A DNA stretch of 59,106 nt, the filler included. It is 5 parts of 5 records of this genome, joined end to end, with 100 filler letters (N's around TTAATTAATTAA, not from the genome) between each part and the next. Parts side by side here need not be neighbours in the genome. Positions count along the whole stretch, not along the records: positions 27,026 to 46,839 come from DRR378314_117; 4 more parts are not named here. One strand, given 5' to 3'. Positions 30,579 to 42,624 of this stretch are shown piece after piece (the first letter of the stretch is position 1; every line of letters begins with the position of its first letter). A model generated the notes under the pieces. It did not search any database. It had not been told where the DNA came from and was given only the letters and a program-made list of their open reading frames with translations. The position numbers and the translations under genes were made by a program.

Positions 30579-32144
30579 CTAGCTCATAGCCATCATCATT
30601 TTAGCTGGCTCTTCAAGGTAAGATTTCCACAAGTTATTAAAACGAGCAATAGTGCCACCATCTATGACTCGGTGATCACCAGACCAACTTACTTGCATAA
30701 TCGCTTTACTAACCACGTTTCCTTTTGAATCAAAACGCGGCAAGTGCTGCAATTTGCCCAGCGCAACGATTGCCACCTCAGGCTTATTAATAATAGGCGT
30801 GGCGATAGTACCGCCAATAGCACCTATATTGGAGATACTGATAGTCCCCCCTTTTAAGTCATCTGGACTAACTCGACCTTCTCTTGCCGCCTCGGTTAAA
30901 CGCGTTACCGCATTAGCCACATCAACAATGCTTTTAGATTGGCACTGTTTAATATTAGGCACTAAAAGACCAATCTTAGAATCAACCGCCATACCAATAT
31001 TGTGATCTTCAAAATACGTAAGCTCAGTGCACTCATCATTTACCTTAGTATTGAGTACTGGGAACTCTTTCAGTGCAAGTGATAGTGCTTTAATGAAAAA
31101 CGGCATCATTGTAAGCTTTACACCTTGCTGCTTATATTGCTCTTTTAAAGAACTACGTAGTGCAATTAACTCCGTCAAATCTATTTCGTCGCAAAAAGTA
31201 AAATGAGGGATAGTGCTCACAGAAGCAACCATTTGCTTAGCCATCGCAGCTTTAATGCCTTTTATTGACTCAACACGGGTTCCACCTGATGACGCTGTAT
31301 TAACACTTTGCTCGGTTGTGTCTGACTTAAGTGGCGATGTATCAATGGTATTGGGTACTTGGCCATTAACAAATTGTTCAATATCTTCTTTATATATTCG
31401 TCCATTCTTGCCACTTCCTGGCACACATGTCAGGTCAACATCCATCTCACGTGCTTTACGACGAACCGCAGGAGATGCAACCGCTTTTGCATTAACAACT
31501 TTAGCGCTGTTATTTTTTTCAACCGTCGCTTTTGGTTCAGCCGCGTTGGTCTGCGCTTTTACAACGGCTTTGTTCACATCAACATTGACTTGCTGCGTTC
31601 CCGCGATGCTCATTTGAAACAAAGGGCTGTGAACCTGCGCAACTTCGCCTTTTGCGTAATAAAGTTTATGAACGGTGCCGGTGTGCTTCGCTGGTATTTG
31701 CACCAAGGCTTTATCTGTCATCACATCACAAACAGCTTGATCTTCTTCAATCTGTTCGCCTTCTGCAACTAACCATTCAACGATTTCACACTCAACAATA
31801 CCTTCACCAATATCGGGTAAAATAAAATCTTCGAGTTGTTCACAAGAGCTATTGCTTTGAGTGCTCGCGCTTGGTTTTTCAATCTCTGGTGTTTTAGTCT
31901 CTTCACCTGCAACGTCCATTGCAAATAAAGGCGCATGAACAGCAGCAATATCACCTTTTTGATAATATAATTTTGAAATCACACCATCATGCACAGCTGG
32001 TATTTGTACCAGTGCTTTATCTGTCATTACATCGCAAATAGGTTGATCTTCAGCAACAGTATCACCTTCAGATACGAGCCACTCAACGACTTCACACTCA
32101 ACAATGCCTTCACCAATATCCGGTAAAATAAAATCTTTAGCCAT
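30579..32144 (-). CDS. bkdB: Branched-chain 2-oxoacid dehydrogenase E2 (two lipoyl domains)
   Basis: Two LPDIGEGIVECE...MTDKA lipoyl domains, ASPAVRR E3-binding domain and DHRVIDG catalytic motif. Confidence 0.93.
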   Translation of the reverse strand: MAKDFILPDIGEGIVECEVVEWLVSEGDTVAEDQPICDVMTDKALVQIPAVHDGVISKLYYQKGDIAAVHAPLFAMDVAGEETKTPEIEKPSASTQSNSSCEQLEDFILPDIGEGIVECEIVEWLVAEGEQIEEDQAVCDVMTDKALVQIPAKHTGTVHKLYYAKGEVAQVHSPLFQMSIAGTQQVNVDVNKAVVKAQTNAAEPKATVEKNNSAKVVNAKAVASPAVRRKAREMDVDLTCVPGSGKNGRIYKEDIEQFVNGQVPNTIDTSPLKSDTTEQSVNTASSGGTRVESIKGIKAAMAKQMVASVSTIPHFTFCDEIDLTELIALRSSLKEQYKQQGVKLTMMPFFIKALSLALKEFPVLNTKVNDECTELTYFEDHNIGMAVDSKIGLLVPNIKQCQSKSIVDVANAVTRLTEAAREGRVSPDDLKGGTISISNIGAIGGTIATPIINKPEVAIVALGKLQHLPRFDSKGNVVSKAIMQVSWSGDHRVIDGGTIARFNNLWKSYLEEPAKMMMAMS

Positions 32145-32152
32145 GATAACTC

Positions 32153-33130
32153 CTAAAATTCGACCGATTGCTTAATGGCAGCAAGTACTTTTAATGCATC
32201 TGGCACGTATTCTTTCTCAAGAGCCAGTGGGTAAGGTGTATCAAGTCCACATACACGTAAAATTGGAGACTCTAAATGTAAAAAGCATTCTTGCTGAATC
32301 GTTGCAGCAATCTCACTACCAAAACCGTTTGTGATAGGTGCCTCATGGCTTATTACTAAACGCCCAGTTTTCGTCACCGACTTAGCAATGGTTTCAACAT
32401 CCCAAGGTAATATGCTACGTAAATCAATTACTTCACAGCTAATACCTTGCTCAGCCGCTTGTTTTGCTGCATCTTCAATAATTTCCATTTGTGCGCCCCA
32501 AGCAAGTAATGTTACGTCACTTCCTTGCTCAACAACTTCAGCTTTACCAAGTTCAATGGTGTAATCCTCTTCAGGCACTTCACCAGTAGAGGCCCGATAT
32601 AAACGTTTAGGCTCGAAGAATATAACCGGGTTATCATCTTTAATAGATGCACGTAAAAGACCTTTTGCTTGGTATGGATTGCGTGGTACTACAATTTTAA
32701 GCCCTGGCGTATGTGCAAAGTACGCTTCTGGAGATTGTGAATGGTACAAACCACCTGCAATACCACCGCCGTAAGGTGTACGAATGGTCAAATTACCAAC
32801 ATTAAACTCATTTCCACTGCGATAACGGAATTTCGCTGATTCATTCACTATTTGGTCAAATGCAGGGAAAATATAATCTGCAAACTGGATTTCAGCCAGT
32901 GCTGGCGCACCAAACGCTGCAAGACCATTAGCAAAGCCCATTATGCCTTGCTCAGTTAGTGGTGTATTAAACACGCGATGTTGGCCATACTTTTCTTGTA
33001 AACCCGATGTCGCACGAAAAACACCGCCAAAATAACCAACATCTTCACCAAAAATACAAGCTTGAGGGTGTTCTGCCATGGTAATATCAAGGGCTGAATT
33101 AATTGCATGTAACATATTCATTTTAGCCAT
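32153..33130 (-). CDS. bkdA2: Branched-chain 2-oxoacid dehydrogenase E1 beta
   Basis: [40 protein letters not shown]. Confidence 0.95.
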   Translation of the reverse strand: MAKMNMLHAINSALDITMAEHPQACIFGEDVGYFGGVFRATSGLQEKYGQHRVFNTPLTEQGIMGFANGLAAFGAPALAEIQFADYIFPAFDQIVNESAKFRYRSGNEFNVGNLTIRTPYGGGIAGGLYHSQSPEAYFAHTPGLKIVVPRNPYQAKGLLRASIKDDNPVIFFEPKRLYRASTGEVPEEDYTIELGKAEVVEQGSDVTLLAWGAQMEIIEDAAKQAAEQGISCEVIDLRSILPWDVETIAKSVTKTGRLVISHEAPITNGFGSEIAATIQQECFLHLESPILRVCGLDTPYPLALEKEYVPDALKVLAAIKQSVEF

Positions 33131-34344
33131 TACTTAATTCTCCCTGCAGTAACTGGGTATGCGTCTGGATGCTGTTTAATATGTGATTTGAGTTGCTCAT
33201 ATTGACGTTGCAATGATGGAATTGGTGTATCGTAAACATCCGAGATTAACTCTTCCAGTGCTGGTTTTTCGACAACTTCAGCACGTTTCAATGCAGCTAA
33301 AATATCTTCACGAATTTGCTCTTTCGCTTTTACATCGTCTTCATCGTTAAGCCAATCTTTTTTGATTAACCACTTACGGAAACGTTCTATTGGGCAAGCT
33401 TGATAATTTGCTTCTTCTGCTTTTGAGCGATAGCCACTTGGATCATCCGATGTTGAATGTGCACCCAATCGATAAGCAATGGATTCAATTAATACAGGCT
33501 CACCTGTTGTTGAAGCAATTTCACGTGCTTTTTGCGTTGCGGCGAATACTGCTAAGGCATCCGCACCATCCACTCGAATTGTCTTAATTCCGTAGCCGAC
33601 ACCACGCGATGCAATACCATCACCTTTAAATTGCTCATCTGCAGGTGTTGAAATAGCGTAGCCGTTGTTACGCGCAAAAAATATAACAGGTGACTTGTGA
33701 ACTGCCGCCATATTTAAACCGGCATGAAAATCACCTTCAGATGCAGCTCCTTCGCCAAAATAACATATAGTTACGTTGTCTATTTTGCTGCTTAACTCAC
33801 CCGTTTTAGCGTCAATGTGTTTTATTTTTTGACCGTATGCGTAACCTGTTGCCTGTGGAATTTGCGTTCCTAATGGTGAGGAAATAGTCATGTAATTAAG
33901 TTCAGCACTGCCATAGTGTATTGGCATCTGGCGACCTTTACCTAAATCAAGTTCATTAGAAAACATCTGATTCATAAATTGGTCAAGGGTAAAACCACGG
34001 TAATGTAAGGCTGCTTGTTCACGATATTGAGCCATAATCATATCATCTTGATCAAGCGCAGCGGCTGATGCAGTAACCGCAGCCTCTTCACCTAAACATT
34101 GCATATAAAAGCTCACGCGACCCTGACGCTGTGCAGCTTGCATTCGTTCATCTAAAGCACGAATAAAGCGCATTGTCTCGTACAAACGAATAGCCGTTTC
34201 TTTCGTGATATCTGGTGCTGTTGCACCGCTAAGAATATCGCCATCCTCGTTTAAAATGCTCAAGGTTGGAATATTTAAGGCATGACCATCTATAAAAGCA
34301 AGTTCATGACTAATATTCTGCGATACGTTATTTGGGTTGCTCAT
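33130..34344 (-). CDS. bkdA1: Branched-chain 2-oxoacid dehydrogenase E1 alpha
   Basis: [30 protein letters not shown]...NN ThDP motif, [11 protein letters not shown]. Confidence 0.95.
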   Translation of the reverse strand: MSNPNNVSQNISHELAFIDGHALNIPTLSILNEDGDILSGATAPDITKETAIRLYETMRFIRALDERMQAAQRQGRVSFYMQCLGEEAAVTASAAALDQDDMIMAQYREQAALHYRGFTLDQFMNQMFSNELDLGKGRQMPIHYGSAELNYMTISSPLGTQIPQATGYAYGQKIKHIDAKTGELSSKIDNVTICYFGEGAASEGDFHAGLNMAAVHKSPVIFFARNNGYAISTPADEQFKGDGIASRGVGYGIKTIRVDGADALAVFAATQKAREIASTTGEPVLIESIAYRLGAHSTSDDPSGYRSKAEEANYQACPIERFRKWLIKKDWLNDEDDVKAKEQIREDILAALKRAEVVEKPALEELISDVYDTPIPSLQRQYEQLKSHIKQHPDAYPVTAGRIK

Positions 34345-34476
34345 AACCTACCTTCTTTTGTTGTCGAATTTACAGTGCCAATTAGGTTAACCATTAAAGG
34401 TTAGTTATTATTATTGGTGATTTTTGCTAGGTTAAAGTTTGCAAAAACTGCACTGTAATTAAATTAAAGCTGCCAT

Positions 34477-34498
34477 CACTTTACGTTAACGTAAAGTG
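34477..34498. promoter_or_regulatory. LiuR-type operator upstream of the bkd operon
   Basis: Perfect palindrome CACTTTACGTTAACGTAAAGTG, matching the LiuR consensus TTTACGTwwACGTAAA. Confidence 0.8.
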
Positions 34499-34617
34499 TT
34501 ATTCAACTAATCATAGACAAATGCGCAGTAAATGGCGAGATAAAGACTGGAAAGTTAACTATACAATATAAACTGTTATTTTAAATCATATAGTTAACTA
34601 TAAATGGTGTGATGTTT

Positions 34618-35676
34618 TTAAATGAAATTGTCATTAATTTCAAGGGGTACAACCGTTAATAGAGCACGCTGCCCAAGTGCTACATCGGCGTTAGGAAAGA
34701 TGATTGCTTCCCCATCAACGTCAGCGTAATAACAGGTCTGACCATCAGTTGCGAGTAATTCGCCTTTAGCAAAGCCAGTAAAATTAACGGCATCATCAGA
34801 AAATGGAAATGAAAAGGCTTCTTCTGTTCGATTGATAGAACGATGAACTGAAAACAGCTCAAAGTCAGCTGCATCAAAATCCTTATATTCAACCCTTTCT
34901 TGACTAATTAATGCAGTTAACGTTTGCTTGGTTTGTAAGAATCGACTCATGTCGTTTTCACCAAATGGCTTTACCTGACCAAGTTCAACAGTAAATGAGT
35001 CTGCACCATGAACATACGACGAATAGTAACTAAATGTCGTTGCCGCTGACTTCATCATTAATACCGTATTGACACCGCAGCTTAGAAGAAATTGCAGCTG
35101 TGACTTTTTCCAAGGTTTACCATGAAGGTAAGGATAAACTGCAAATTTATCATTTTTTGAACCACGAATTGCCGTGTGCAAATCGTAATGACAACGCGAG
35201 CGATCTTCACCACCTCTAGCGTAAAAATCACTAACATATTGCTCAAGCTTCGCTGCACGAACTCGTTCGTTATTCATTGGTGTATTGTCGGTTGTATGGT
35301 GCCCATTAAAAAGTCGATTTAAATTCTCTTCAACAAACCGCTTACCAATATTAATTGACTGAGGGTTACCGTATATAAACAACACTCTTTGTGCTAAAAC
35401 TAACTCTTCACTGATGATGAGTTTAATTAATTCATCGCATATTTCTATTGGTGCAGTTTCGTTTCCGTGAACGGCACTAGAAAGTACGATATCTTTGGTA
35501 CTTGCGCACAAAGGTTGAAATTCAATCACCCCTGTATCATGCACATTAACTTTCGTACCGTTTTTTAAAGTAAATTCGCCTGCATCTAAGTGCCATTCAT
35601 TTTTACGGCTAAGAGTGAGGAAATCCCCAGAGTTTTTTAATTCTTCTATATAATTTGATGTGGCTGACATGTTCAT
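34618..35676 (-). CDS. astE: Succinylglutamate desuccinylase
   Basis: [36 protein letters not shown] and [12 protein letters not shown] motifs. The start may be 35670. Confidence 0.93.
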   Translation of the reverse strand: MNMSATSNYIEELKNSGDFLTLSRKNEWHLDAGEFTLKNGTKVNVHDTGVIEFQPLCASTKDIVLSSAVHGNETAPIEICDELIKLIISEELVLAQRVLFIYGNPQSINIGKRFVEENLNRLFNGHHTTDNTPMNNERVRAAKLEQYVSDFYARGGEDRSRCHYDLHTAIRGSKNDKFAVYPYLHGKPWKKSQLQFLLSCGVNTVLMMKSAATTFSYYSSYVHGADSFTVELGQVKPFGENDMSRFLQTKQTLTALISQERVEYKDFDAADFELFSVHRSINRTEEAFSFPFSDDAVNFTGFAKGELLATDGQTCYYADVDGEAIIFPNADVALGQRALLTVVPLEINDNFI

Positions 35677-35700
35677 CGCCTTTTGTGTGGAGTAAATACA

Positions 35701-35726
35701 AAAACGGCTGATCAAGTCAGCCGTTT
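35701..35726 (-). terminator. Terminator after pgm
   Basis: AAACGGCTGA...TCAGCCGTTT stem with a T-run on the minus strand. Confidence 0.7.
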
Positions 35727-35744
35727 ATACAACAATATTTCAAG

Positions 35745-37382
35745 TTAGCTAATAACAGAATCAACTAACTTTTTGGCTTCTTTTTCAAGTAAAGCGAGAT
35801 GCTCTTCCCCTTTAAAAGATTCCAAATAAATTTTATAAATATCTTCAGTACCTGATGGACGTGCCGCAAACCAACCATTTTCAGTAACCACTTTTAACCC
35901 GCCAATGGCTGCATTATTACCTGGTGCATGCGTTAGCTTTTGTAAAATGGGCTCGCCTGCAAGAGTATCAGCAGTGACATCTTGCGCACTTAACCCTTTT
36001 AATCGTTGCTTTTGTTGTGAAGTAGCAGGTGCATCAATACGCTTATATAATGGTGCACCAAATTCTTGTTCGAGTTCTTTATATAATACCGACGGTGTTT
36101 TACCCGTTACTGCTAGAATTTCTGCAGCAAGTAACCCCATGATAAAACCATCTTTGTCTGTATTCCAAACTGTACCATCAAAACGAAGGAACGAAGCGCC
36201 TGCGCTTTCTTCACCACCAAATGCCAGCGAGCCTTCATTTAGTCCTTCTACAAACCATTTAAAACCAACAGGGACTTCTTTAACTTCATGCTTATTGCGT
36301 GAAACAACTCGGTCGATCATGGCACTAGAAACCAGTGTTTTACCTATTACAACATCTTTAGACCAATCACGGTGGTTGAGTAAGTAATCTATAGCCACTG
36401 CTAAAAAGTGATTCGGATTCATTAATCCATCTGGCGTGACGATACCGTGGCGGTCATAATCTGGGTCATTACCGATACCAATGTCGAAATCATCTTTTAA
36501 TGCGATTAAATTTGTCATTGCGTAAGGTGATGAGCAGTCCATGCGGATTTTGCCATCTTTATCTAAAGGCATAAAACCAAAACGTGGATCGACACTTTCA
36601 TTAACGACTGTAAGGTCTAAATTAAATTTTTCAGCAATGATTGGCCAAAAATTAATACCTGAGCCACCTAATGGGTCAATTCCCACTTTGATTTTTGCCT
36701 TAGCTATCGCCTGAAGATCAACTACATTGGTTAAATCATCAATATAGGGTGTCATTAAATCTTGATATTTGATAAAGCCAGAACGTGATGCTTTTGCAAA
36801 TGGAAACAACTCTACCTCAACTAAATCTTCAAGTAACAGTTGGTTCGCACGGTCTTCAACCCATTTTGTTACATCAGTATCAGCTGGGCCGCCATTAGGT
36901 GGGTTGTATTTAAAACCACCGTCTTCAGGCGGATTGTGCGAAGGCGTTACCACAATACCATCGGCGAGTTCATGTGGATTCGCTTTGTTATGGCAAACAA
37001 CAGCATGACTGATCACAGGTGTGGGTGTGAAATCATCGTTTTGCTGGGTTATTACTTGAACCTCATTCGCAACAAGTACCTCGATTGCCGAGTTATAAGC
37101 AGCTTCACTTAGTGCATGCGTGTCTTTGCCCAGAAAAAGCGGGCCAAATATGTTGTTTTGCTTACGATAGTCGCAAATAGCTTGAGTAATGGCGAGTATG
37201 TGTGATTCGTTGAATTTAACATCATATGAGCACCCTCGATGGCCTGATGTGCCAAAGGCAACGCATTGCTCAGGGTTCTGCTCTAAATCAGGCTCATTTA
37301 AATAATAAGCCGACACTAGTTTTGGTACATTAACTAAATCTGATTGCGTTGCAGGTTTACCTGCACCTGGGTGAATCGCCAT
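35745..37382 (-). CDS. pgm: Phosphoglucomutase
   Basis: [34 protein letters not shown]. Confidence 0.98.
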   Translation of the reverse strand: MAIHPGAGKPATQSDLVNVPKLVSAYYLNEPDLEQNPEQCVAFGTSGHRGCSYDVKFNESHILAITQAICDYRKQNNIFGPLFLGKDTHALSEAAYNSAIEVLVANEVQVITQQNDDFTPTPVISHAVVCHNKANPHELADGIVVTPSHNPPEDGGFKYNPPNGGPADTDVTKWVEDRANQLLLEDLVEVELFPFAKASRSGFIKYQDLMTPYIDDLTNVVDLQAIAKAKIKVGIDPLGGSGINFWPIIAEKFNLDLTVVNESVDPRFGFMPLDKDGKIRMDCSSPYAMTNLIALKDDFDIGIGNDPDYDRHGIVTPDGLMNPNHFLAVAIDYLLNHRDWSKDVVIGKTLVSSAMIDRVVSRNKHEVKEVPVGFKWFVEGLNEGSLAFGGEESAGASFLRFDGTVWNTDKDGFIMGLLAAEILAVTGKTPSVLYKELEQEFGAPLYKRIDAPATSQQKQRLKGLSAQDVTADTLAGEPILQKLTHAPGNNAAIGGLKVVTENGWFAARPSGTEDIYKIYLESFKGEEHLALLEKEAKKLVDSVIS

Positions 37383-37397
37383 TACATTTCCTTATAT

Positions 37398-37994
37398 TTA
37401 TAAGTAGTCTCTAATTTTTTCTGCTTGTTCGGCACTGTAACCTAGACCCAGCGCCACCTCATGTAACATCATTTTTTTGCGTGTCGTATTAGAATTCGTC
37501 ATCACCCAATATTCACTATCAGTGATATTTTTTGGATTCATACTGCTACCACTATTAACAAGATCTTCTTTACTTGTTGCAAAATAAACCCGGTCACGGC
37601 CTTGTATATCAAGCACAGAAGAAAAACCGTCTTTATGGGTCCTGTGTAGTGCTGAGAGTATAAACAAAAAGCGTCCCACTACCCCTTTTTGCATGGCAAG
37701 TTCTTCTTTATTTAATACATTAAAGACACTAGCGCTTTTTTGCTGCATTTTCGTGACCGACGATTCATCAGTTCGCTCTTTATTAACTGTTTTAGTCGTT
37801 TTTTCGTTGAGCTGCTCAGACACGTCTAGCTTTTCTTTTGAATCGTTTGTTAAATGATTATCTGACGTTGTTTGTTCAATATCGCCGCTGAGGTTTAATA
37901 AACGACGCAAAATAGTTGATGCACTTTCGCCAATACTTTGCGTGTTACTCGCAATGTATTGATACAGCTCGTCGTCTATGTCAATTTTTTTCAT
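37398..37994 (-). CDS. seqA: Replication initiation negative regulator SeqA
   Basis: MKKIDIDDELYQYIASNTQSIGESASTILRRLL, GRDRVYFA, YWVMTNSNTTRK; located upstream of pgm. Confidence 0.96.
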   Translation of the reverse strand: MKKIDIDDELYQYIASNTQSIGESASTILRRLLNLSGDIEQTTSDNHLTNDSKEKLDVSEQLNEKTTKTVNKERTDESSVTKMQQKSASVFNVLNKEELAMQKGVVGRFLFILSALHRTHKDGFSSVLDIQGRDRVYFATSKEDLVNSGSSMNPKNITDSEYWVMTNSNTTRKKMMLHEVALGLGYSAEQAEKIRDYL

Positions 37995-38125
37995 GTGATT
38001 CCTGTCATTACGGGTCATATTATTTCTTTATCAATTTGATTATACCCAAACAAAATCTAATTCTCTATGCTTTGCAATTTGTTATTTCACTAGGCAAACT
38101 AAGCACACTTTTACTGGAGACCTAA

Positions 38126-38899
38126 ATGCGACTTAATTATAAACAAACTGGCCAAGGTGAACCTGTAATTCTTATTCATGGTTTGTTTGGCTCACTTGAA
38201 AACCTCAATGTCATTGCCAATGCATTGAGTGACCATTTTTTGGTAACCAATATTGATTTACGCAATCATGGCCGCTCACCTCATGCCGCGACCATGGATT
38301 ATCCTAGCATGGCACACGATGTTATAGATTTAATGGATAACTTAAACATCGAGCAAGCTCATATTGTAGGCCACTCTATGGGAGGTAAAGTCGCCATGCA
38401 ATTAGCTCATTTATTCGAAAACAGAGTCAATCGTTTGGTTGTACTTGATATTGCTCCTGTTGCTTATCAGGCACGACACACAGAAATTTTTAAAGCATTA
38501 AAAAACGTTGCAAGCCAAAATATTACAGACCGTAAACACGCTGATAAGTTGATGCAAGTGCATATAGAAGAAATAGGCGTGCGACAATTTTTATTAAAAA
38601 GTTTAGCCAAAAATGAGCACGGTGATTTTCAATGGCGGTTTAACTTAGCCGCACTAGATGAAAAATATGAAAATATTTTAGCCGATATTAAAGCAAATGA
38701 TTCTTGTTTATGCGATACTTTGTTTATCAAGGGTAATGAATCTGATTATATTTTGCCTACGTATAGGGATGTAATTATGTCTCGTTTTACGAACGCCAAG
38801 GCAAAAATAATTCACGGCGCTGGGCATTGGTTACATGCTCAAAAGCCTGATGCGGTTAATAAATCAATACTTGATTTTTTGCGCGCTACTAAGGCTTAA
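38126..38899 (+). CDS. ybfF: Alpha/beta hydrolase (esterase YbfF)
   Basis: HGLFGS, DLRNHGRS, GHSMGG, GHWLHA; divergent from seqA as in enterobacteria. Confidence 0.92.
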   Translation: MRLNYKQTGQGEPVILIHGLFGSLENLNVIANALSDHFLVTNIDLRNHGRSPHAATMDYPSMAHDVIDLMDNLNIEQAHIVGHSMGGKVAMQLAHLFENRVNRLVVLDIAPVAYQARHTEIFKALKNVASQNITDRKHADKLMQVHIEEIGVRQFLLKSLAKNEHGDFQWRFNLAALDEKYENILADIKANDSCLCDTLFIKGNESDYILPTYRDVIMSRFTNAKAKIIHGAGHWLHAQKPDAVNKSILDFLRATKA

Positions 38900-38989
38900 A
38901 TTTTATCGTGTGTTTTTATACAAGCGCACTAAATTATTATTATTTAGTGTGCTATAGTACGCGCCGTTTAATTTAAAGGTTATACGTTG

Positions 38990-39211
38990 ATGGTCAGTCA
39001 GTTAATTAACGAATTTGATACCCTTGGGTTGTATTTTGGCTTAGCCGGTGTGTTCTTTTTTATCGGTATGGCTATTCAAGACGTACTCAAACGTGGCAGC
39101 GTTCCTAAATATGGTCGCTACATAGTATGGCTTGTACTTTTTTTAGGCTGTTCTGGGTTTATTGCAAAAGGACTTATTCAAGTTTTTTGGCAAGGTGCGG
39201 GTGTAGGGTAA
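38990..39211 (+). CDS. Small two-TM protein (DUF2788-like)
   Basis: Two hydrophobic helices separated by VPKYGR; lies between ybfF and ybfE. Confidence 0.75.
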   Translation: MVSQLINEFDTLGLYFGLAGVFFFIGMAIQDVLKRGSVPKYGRYIVWLVLFLGCSGFIAKGLIQVFWQGAGVG

Positions 39212-39217
39212 TCTACC

Positions 39218-39496
39218 ATGGCTAAATCTGAAACAGACAGAACAACGCTCGATCTATTTGAATACGAAAAGCGCCCAGGCCGCCCTAAAACTAATCCTCT
39301 GCCTAGAGATATTCAGTTAAAGGTAAACAAACGTAATCAAATAAAAAGAGATAAAGCACGTGGTTTAAAACGTGTTGAATTTAAAGTTTCATCGCAGTTA
39401 TATCAAGCGTTAAGCGATATGGCCGATGCACAGAATATTAGCCGTAGTGCACTGATTGAAACAATTTTACAAGAAAGATTGGCTATTGATAGATAG
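39218..39496 (+). CDS. ybfE: Ribbon-helix-helix protein YbfE
   Basis: DRTTLDLF...RPGRPKTNPL.R..QL..NKRNQ..RDK.RGLKRVE. Confidence 0.92.
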   Translation: MAKSETDRTTLDLFEYEKRPGRPKTNPLPRDIQLKVNKRNQIKRDKARGLKRVEFKVSSQLYQALSDMADAQNISRSALIETILQERLAIDR

Positions 39497-39510
39497 AAGG
39501 TTTTAAGTTC

Positions 39511-40038
39511 ATGGCAAGTGTAGGTATTTTTTTCGGAAGCGATACAGGTAACACAGAACACGTAGCTAAAATGATCCAAAAAGAATTGGGTAAAAAGCTA
39601 GTGGCTGTTCATGATATTGCTAAAAGCTCTAAAGAAGAGATTGCAGAATTCGATTTAATCTTATTTGGTATTCCTACTTGGTACTATGGTGAAGCACAAT
39701 GTGACTGGGATGACTTCTTCCCTGAACTTGAAGAAATTGATTTTGAAGGTAAGCTTGTCGCTATTTTTGGTTGTGGTGACCAAGAAGACTACGCTGAATA
39801 CTTTTTAGATGCCATGGGTATGATCAATGATATCGTCACTGAGCGTGGTGCAATTATTGTTGGCCACTGGTCAACTGAAGGTTATGACTTTGAAGCTTCA
39901 AAAGGCATGGCTGACGACAATCATTTTGTTGGTTTAGGCATTGATGAAGATCGTCAACCAGAACTAACTGAACAGCGCGTAAAAGCTTGGTCTGCACAGG
40001 TATACGATGAAATGTGTTTAAGCGAACTCGCTGATTAA
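39511..40038 (+). CDS. fldA: Flavodoxin
   Basis: FFGSDTGNTE, GIPTWYYGE, FGCGDQEDY. Confidence 0.97.
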   Translation: MASVGIFFGSDTGNTEHVAKMIQKELGKKLVAVHDIAKSSKEEIAEFDLILFGIPTWYYGEAQCDWDDFFPELEEIDFEGKLVAIFGCGDQEDYAEYFLDAMGMINDIVTERGAIIVGHWSTEGYDFEASKGMADDNHFVGLGIDEDRQPELTEQRVKAWSAQVYDEMCLSELAD

Positions 40039-40210
40039 TCAATTGCTTTTTAAATACACTTAGCTGGCTAGCTTTTGAGCTTTCAGACTGATTATTTAAA
40101 TAGACCTTTGCACTTGATCGTTTTGCACGTTATTCTAGTTATTGCTAATGTGTCGTGCACACCTTTTATAGGTGTACCAGAGTAACCAATAAAAAATTGA
40201 GACAGATTTA

Positions 40211-40651
40211 ATGACTGATCACAACTTGGAATTAAAAAAAGCCGGTTTAAAAGTAACATTACCGCGTATTAAAATTTTAGAGATTTTACAATCTCCAGAT
40301 AACCAACACATCAGCGCTGAAGATGTTTACAAAATTCTGTTGGATTTAGGCGAAGAAATTGGCCTTGCAACTGTTTATCGCGTGCTTAACCAGTTCGATG
40401 ATGCAGGTATTGTTTCTCGCCATCACTTTGAAGGTGGAAAATCAGTATTTGAATTATCTGGTAGCACTCACCACGATCACCTTGTGTGTTTAAAATGTGG
40501 CAAAGTTATTGAGTTTGAAGACGAATTAATTGAGCGTCGCCAGGTTGAAATTTCTGAAGCGAATGGAATTAAATTAACTAACCATTCTCTATATCTATAC
40601 GGCGAGTGTACTGATACGCAAGCGTGTAAAGCTTTCTCTGATAACCAATAA
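40211..40651 (+). CDS. fur: Ferric uptake regulator
   Basis: GLKVTLPR, GLATVYRVL, HHDHLVC..C. Confidence 0.98.
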   Translation: MTDHNLELKKAGLKVTLPRIKILEILQSPDNQHISAEDVYKILLDLGEEIGLATVYRVLNQFDDAGIVSRHHFEGGKSVFELSGSTHHDHLVCLKCGKVIEFEDELIERRQVEISEANGIKLTNHSLYLYGECTDTQACKAFSDNQ

Positions 40652-40671
40652 TTAGGTTATTAATAGGTAAT

Positions 40672-40699
40672 AAAAAACCTGCATAATGCAGGTTTTTTT
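40672..40699. terminator. Bidirectional terminator between fur and glnS
   Basis: AAAAAACCTGCAT-A-ATGCAGGTTTTTTT. Confidence 0.85.
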
Positions 40700-40723
40700 G
40701 TATCAAGTGTTTATTGAGCAGAA

Positions 40724-42385
40724 TTACTTCTGCTCAATTTTAGCCCATGAATCACGAAGACCGACGGTCTGATTAAACACTAACTCTTCAGATTTAGTAT
40801 CACGACTAAAGTAACCTGTTCGTTCAAACTGGAAACCTTGAGCTGGAGCCGCTTTTGCAAGTGAAGGCTCAACCTTGGCATTAGTTAAAACAACTAATGA
40901 TTCAGGGTTTAGTGTAGTGGCAAAATCTTCAGCCGCAGCTGGATTTGGTACACTAAACAAACGGTCATATAAACGTACTTCAGCTGTCACTGATTCAGTT
41001 GCACTTACCCAATGAATTACACCTTTAACTTTACGTCCGTCACTTGGGTTTTTACCAAGTGTTTCAGGATCATAAGTACAGTATATAGTTGTAATTTCAC
41101 CCGTTTCATCTTTTTCTACGCGATTCGCTTTTATCACATAAGCACCACGTAAGCGTACTTCTTTATCAAGTACTAAACGTTTAAACTTATTATTAGCCTC
41201 TTCACGGAAGTCTTCGCGTTCAATGTAAAGCTCACGAGTGAAAGGAACATCGCGACGCCCCATTTCTTCCTGATTAGGGTGATTAGCAACAGACAATGTT
41301 TCAACTTCATCCGAAAAGTTTTCAATTACAACTTTAACAGGATCAAGCACAGCCATTGCTCGCGGTGCATTTTCGTTTAAATCTTCACGGATACATGCTT
41401 CAAGCATGCCCATTTCAACCATATTTTCTTGCTTAGTAACACCAATGCGTAAACAGAACTCACGAATAGAAGCAGGTGTATAACCACGACGACGAAGGCC
41501 AGCAATTGTCGGCATACGTGGATCGTCCCACCCTTCTACGTGCCCATTTACCACTAAGTCATTTAACTTACGCTTGGACATTATTGTATATTCAAGGTTT
41601 AAGCGTGAAAACTCAATTTGCTGCGGATGACATTCTAGGCTGATATTATCAAGTACCCAATCGTATAAACGTCGGTTATCTTGGAACTCTAGTGTACACA
41701 AAGAGTGGGTAATACCTTCAAGCGCATCTGAGATACAGTGCGTAAAATCGTACATTGGGTAAATGCACCACTTATCAGCAGTTTGATGATGATGAGCAAA
41801 GCGTACGCGATAAATAATTGGATCACGAAGCACCATAAATGAGCTCGCCATATCAATTTTAGCACGTAATACACACTCACCTTCTTTAAACTCACCATTA
41901 CGCATTTTTTCAAATAAGGCGAGGTTCTCTTGTGGAGAAGTATCACGAGTTGGGCTATTTTTACCCGGCTCTTTTAATGTGCCACGGTACTCACGAGCTT
42001 GATCAGCTGTCAAAAAGCATACATAAGCAAGGCCTTTTTCAATAAGCTCAACAGCATAGCCATATAAGGCATCAAAATAGTTAGATGAATAATTAATTTC
42101 ACCATCCCACTTAAATCCTAACCACTGCACATCTTCTTTTATAGAATTTACATAGTTGATGTCTTCTTTTTCTGGGTTAGTATCATCAAAACGTAAATTA
42201 CAAAGACCGCTATAATCTTGGGCGATTCCAAAATTCAAACAGATAGATTTTGCATGGCCAATATGTAAGAAACCATTAGGCTCTGGAGGAAAACGTGTAT
42301 GCGTAGTCGCATGTTTCCCAGATGCTAAATCTTCATCAATACGGGTTCTAATAAAATTACTTGGGCGATTCTCAATTTCCGCCAT
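40724..42385 (-). CDS. glnS: Glutamine--tRNA ligase
   Basis: [17 protein letters not shown] (HIGH), [21 protein letters not shown]. Confidence 0.98.
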   Translation of the reverse strand: MAEIENRPSNFIRTRIDEDLASGKHATTHTRFPPEPNGFLHIGHAKSICLNFGIAQDYSGLCNLRFDDTNPEKEDINYVNSIKEDVQWLGFKWDGEINYSSNYFDALYGYAVELIEKGLAYVCFLTADQAREYRGTLKEPGKNSPTRDTSPQENLALFEKMRNGEFKEGECVLRAKIDMASSFMVLRDPIIYRVRFAHHHQTADKWCIYPMYDFTHCISDALEGITHSLCTLEFQDNRRLYDWVLDNISLECHPQQIEFSRLNLEYTIMSKRKLNDLVVNGHVEGWDDPRMPTIAGLRRRGYTPASIREFCLRIGVTKQENMVEMGMLEACIREDLNENAPRAMAVLDPVKVVIENFSDEVETLSVANHPNQEEMGRRDVPFTRELYIEREDFREEANNKFKRLVLDKEVRLRGAYVIKANRVEKDETGEITTIYCTYDPETLGKNPSDGRKVKGVIHWVSATESVTAEVRLYDRLFSVPNPAAAEDFATTLNPESLVVLTNAKVEPSLAKAAPAQGFQFERTGYFSRDTKSEELVFNQTVGLRDSWAKIEQK

Positions 42386-42624
42386 AGGAGTACAATCCTC
42401 ACATAAGTGCATGGTGATAAAACTAATGTATTATTACAAAAACAAACCTTAACATACAGCAATAGATTTAGGTTTCTTGCATATTATTGAAACTATGGGG
42501 TAGCTGAAATTATTGATTATTCAATTGTAAGCTAGGAATGAAGATAATTTGTTCTAGCGCAATAAAAGAGTCATTGAAACACGTTAAAGTAGCGCCATTA
42601 TCGAAACATAATTAGGGACAAATA

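Noticed and set aside
31621-32144. Internal DNA duplication in bkdB
   Set aside because: Explained by the two tandem lipoyl domains, which is ordinary for E2 subunits.
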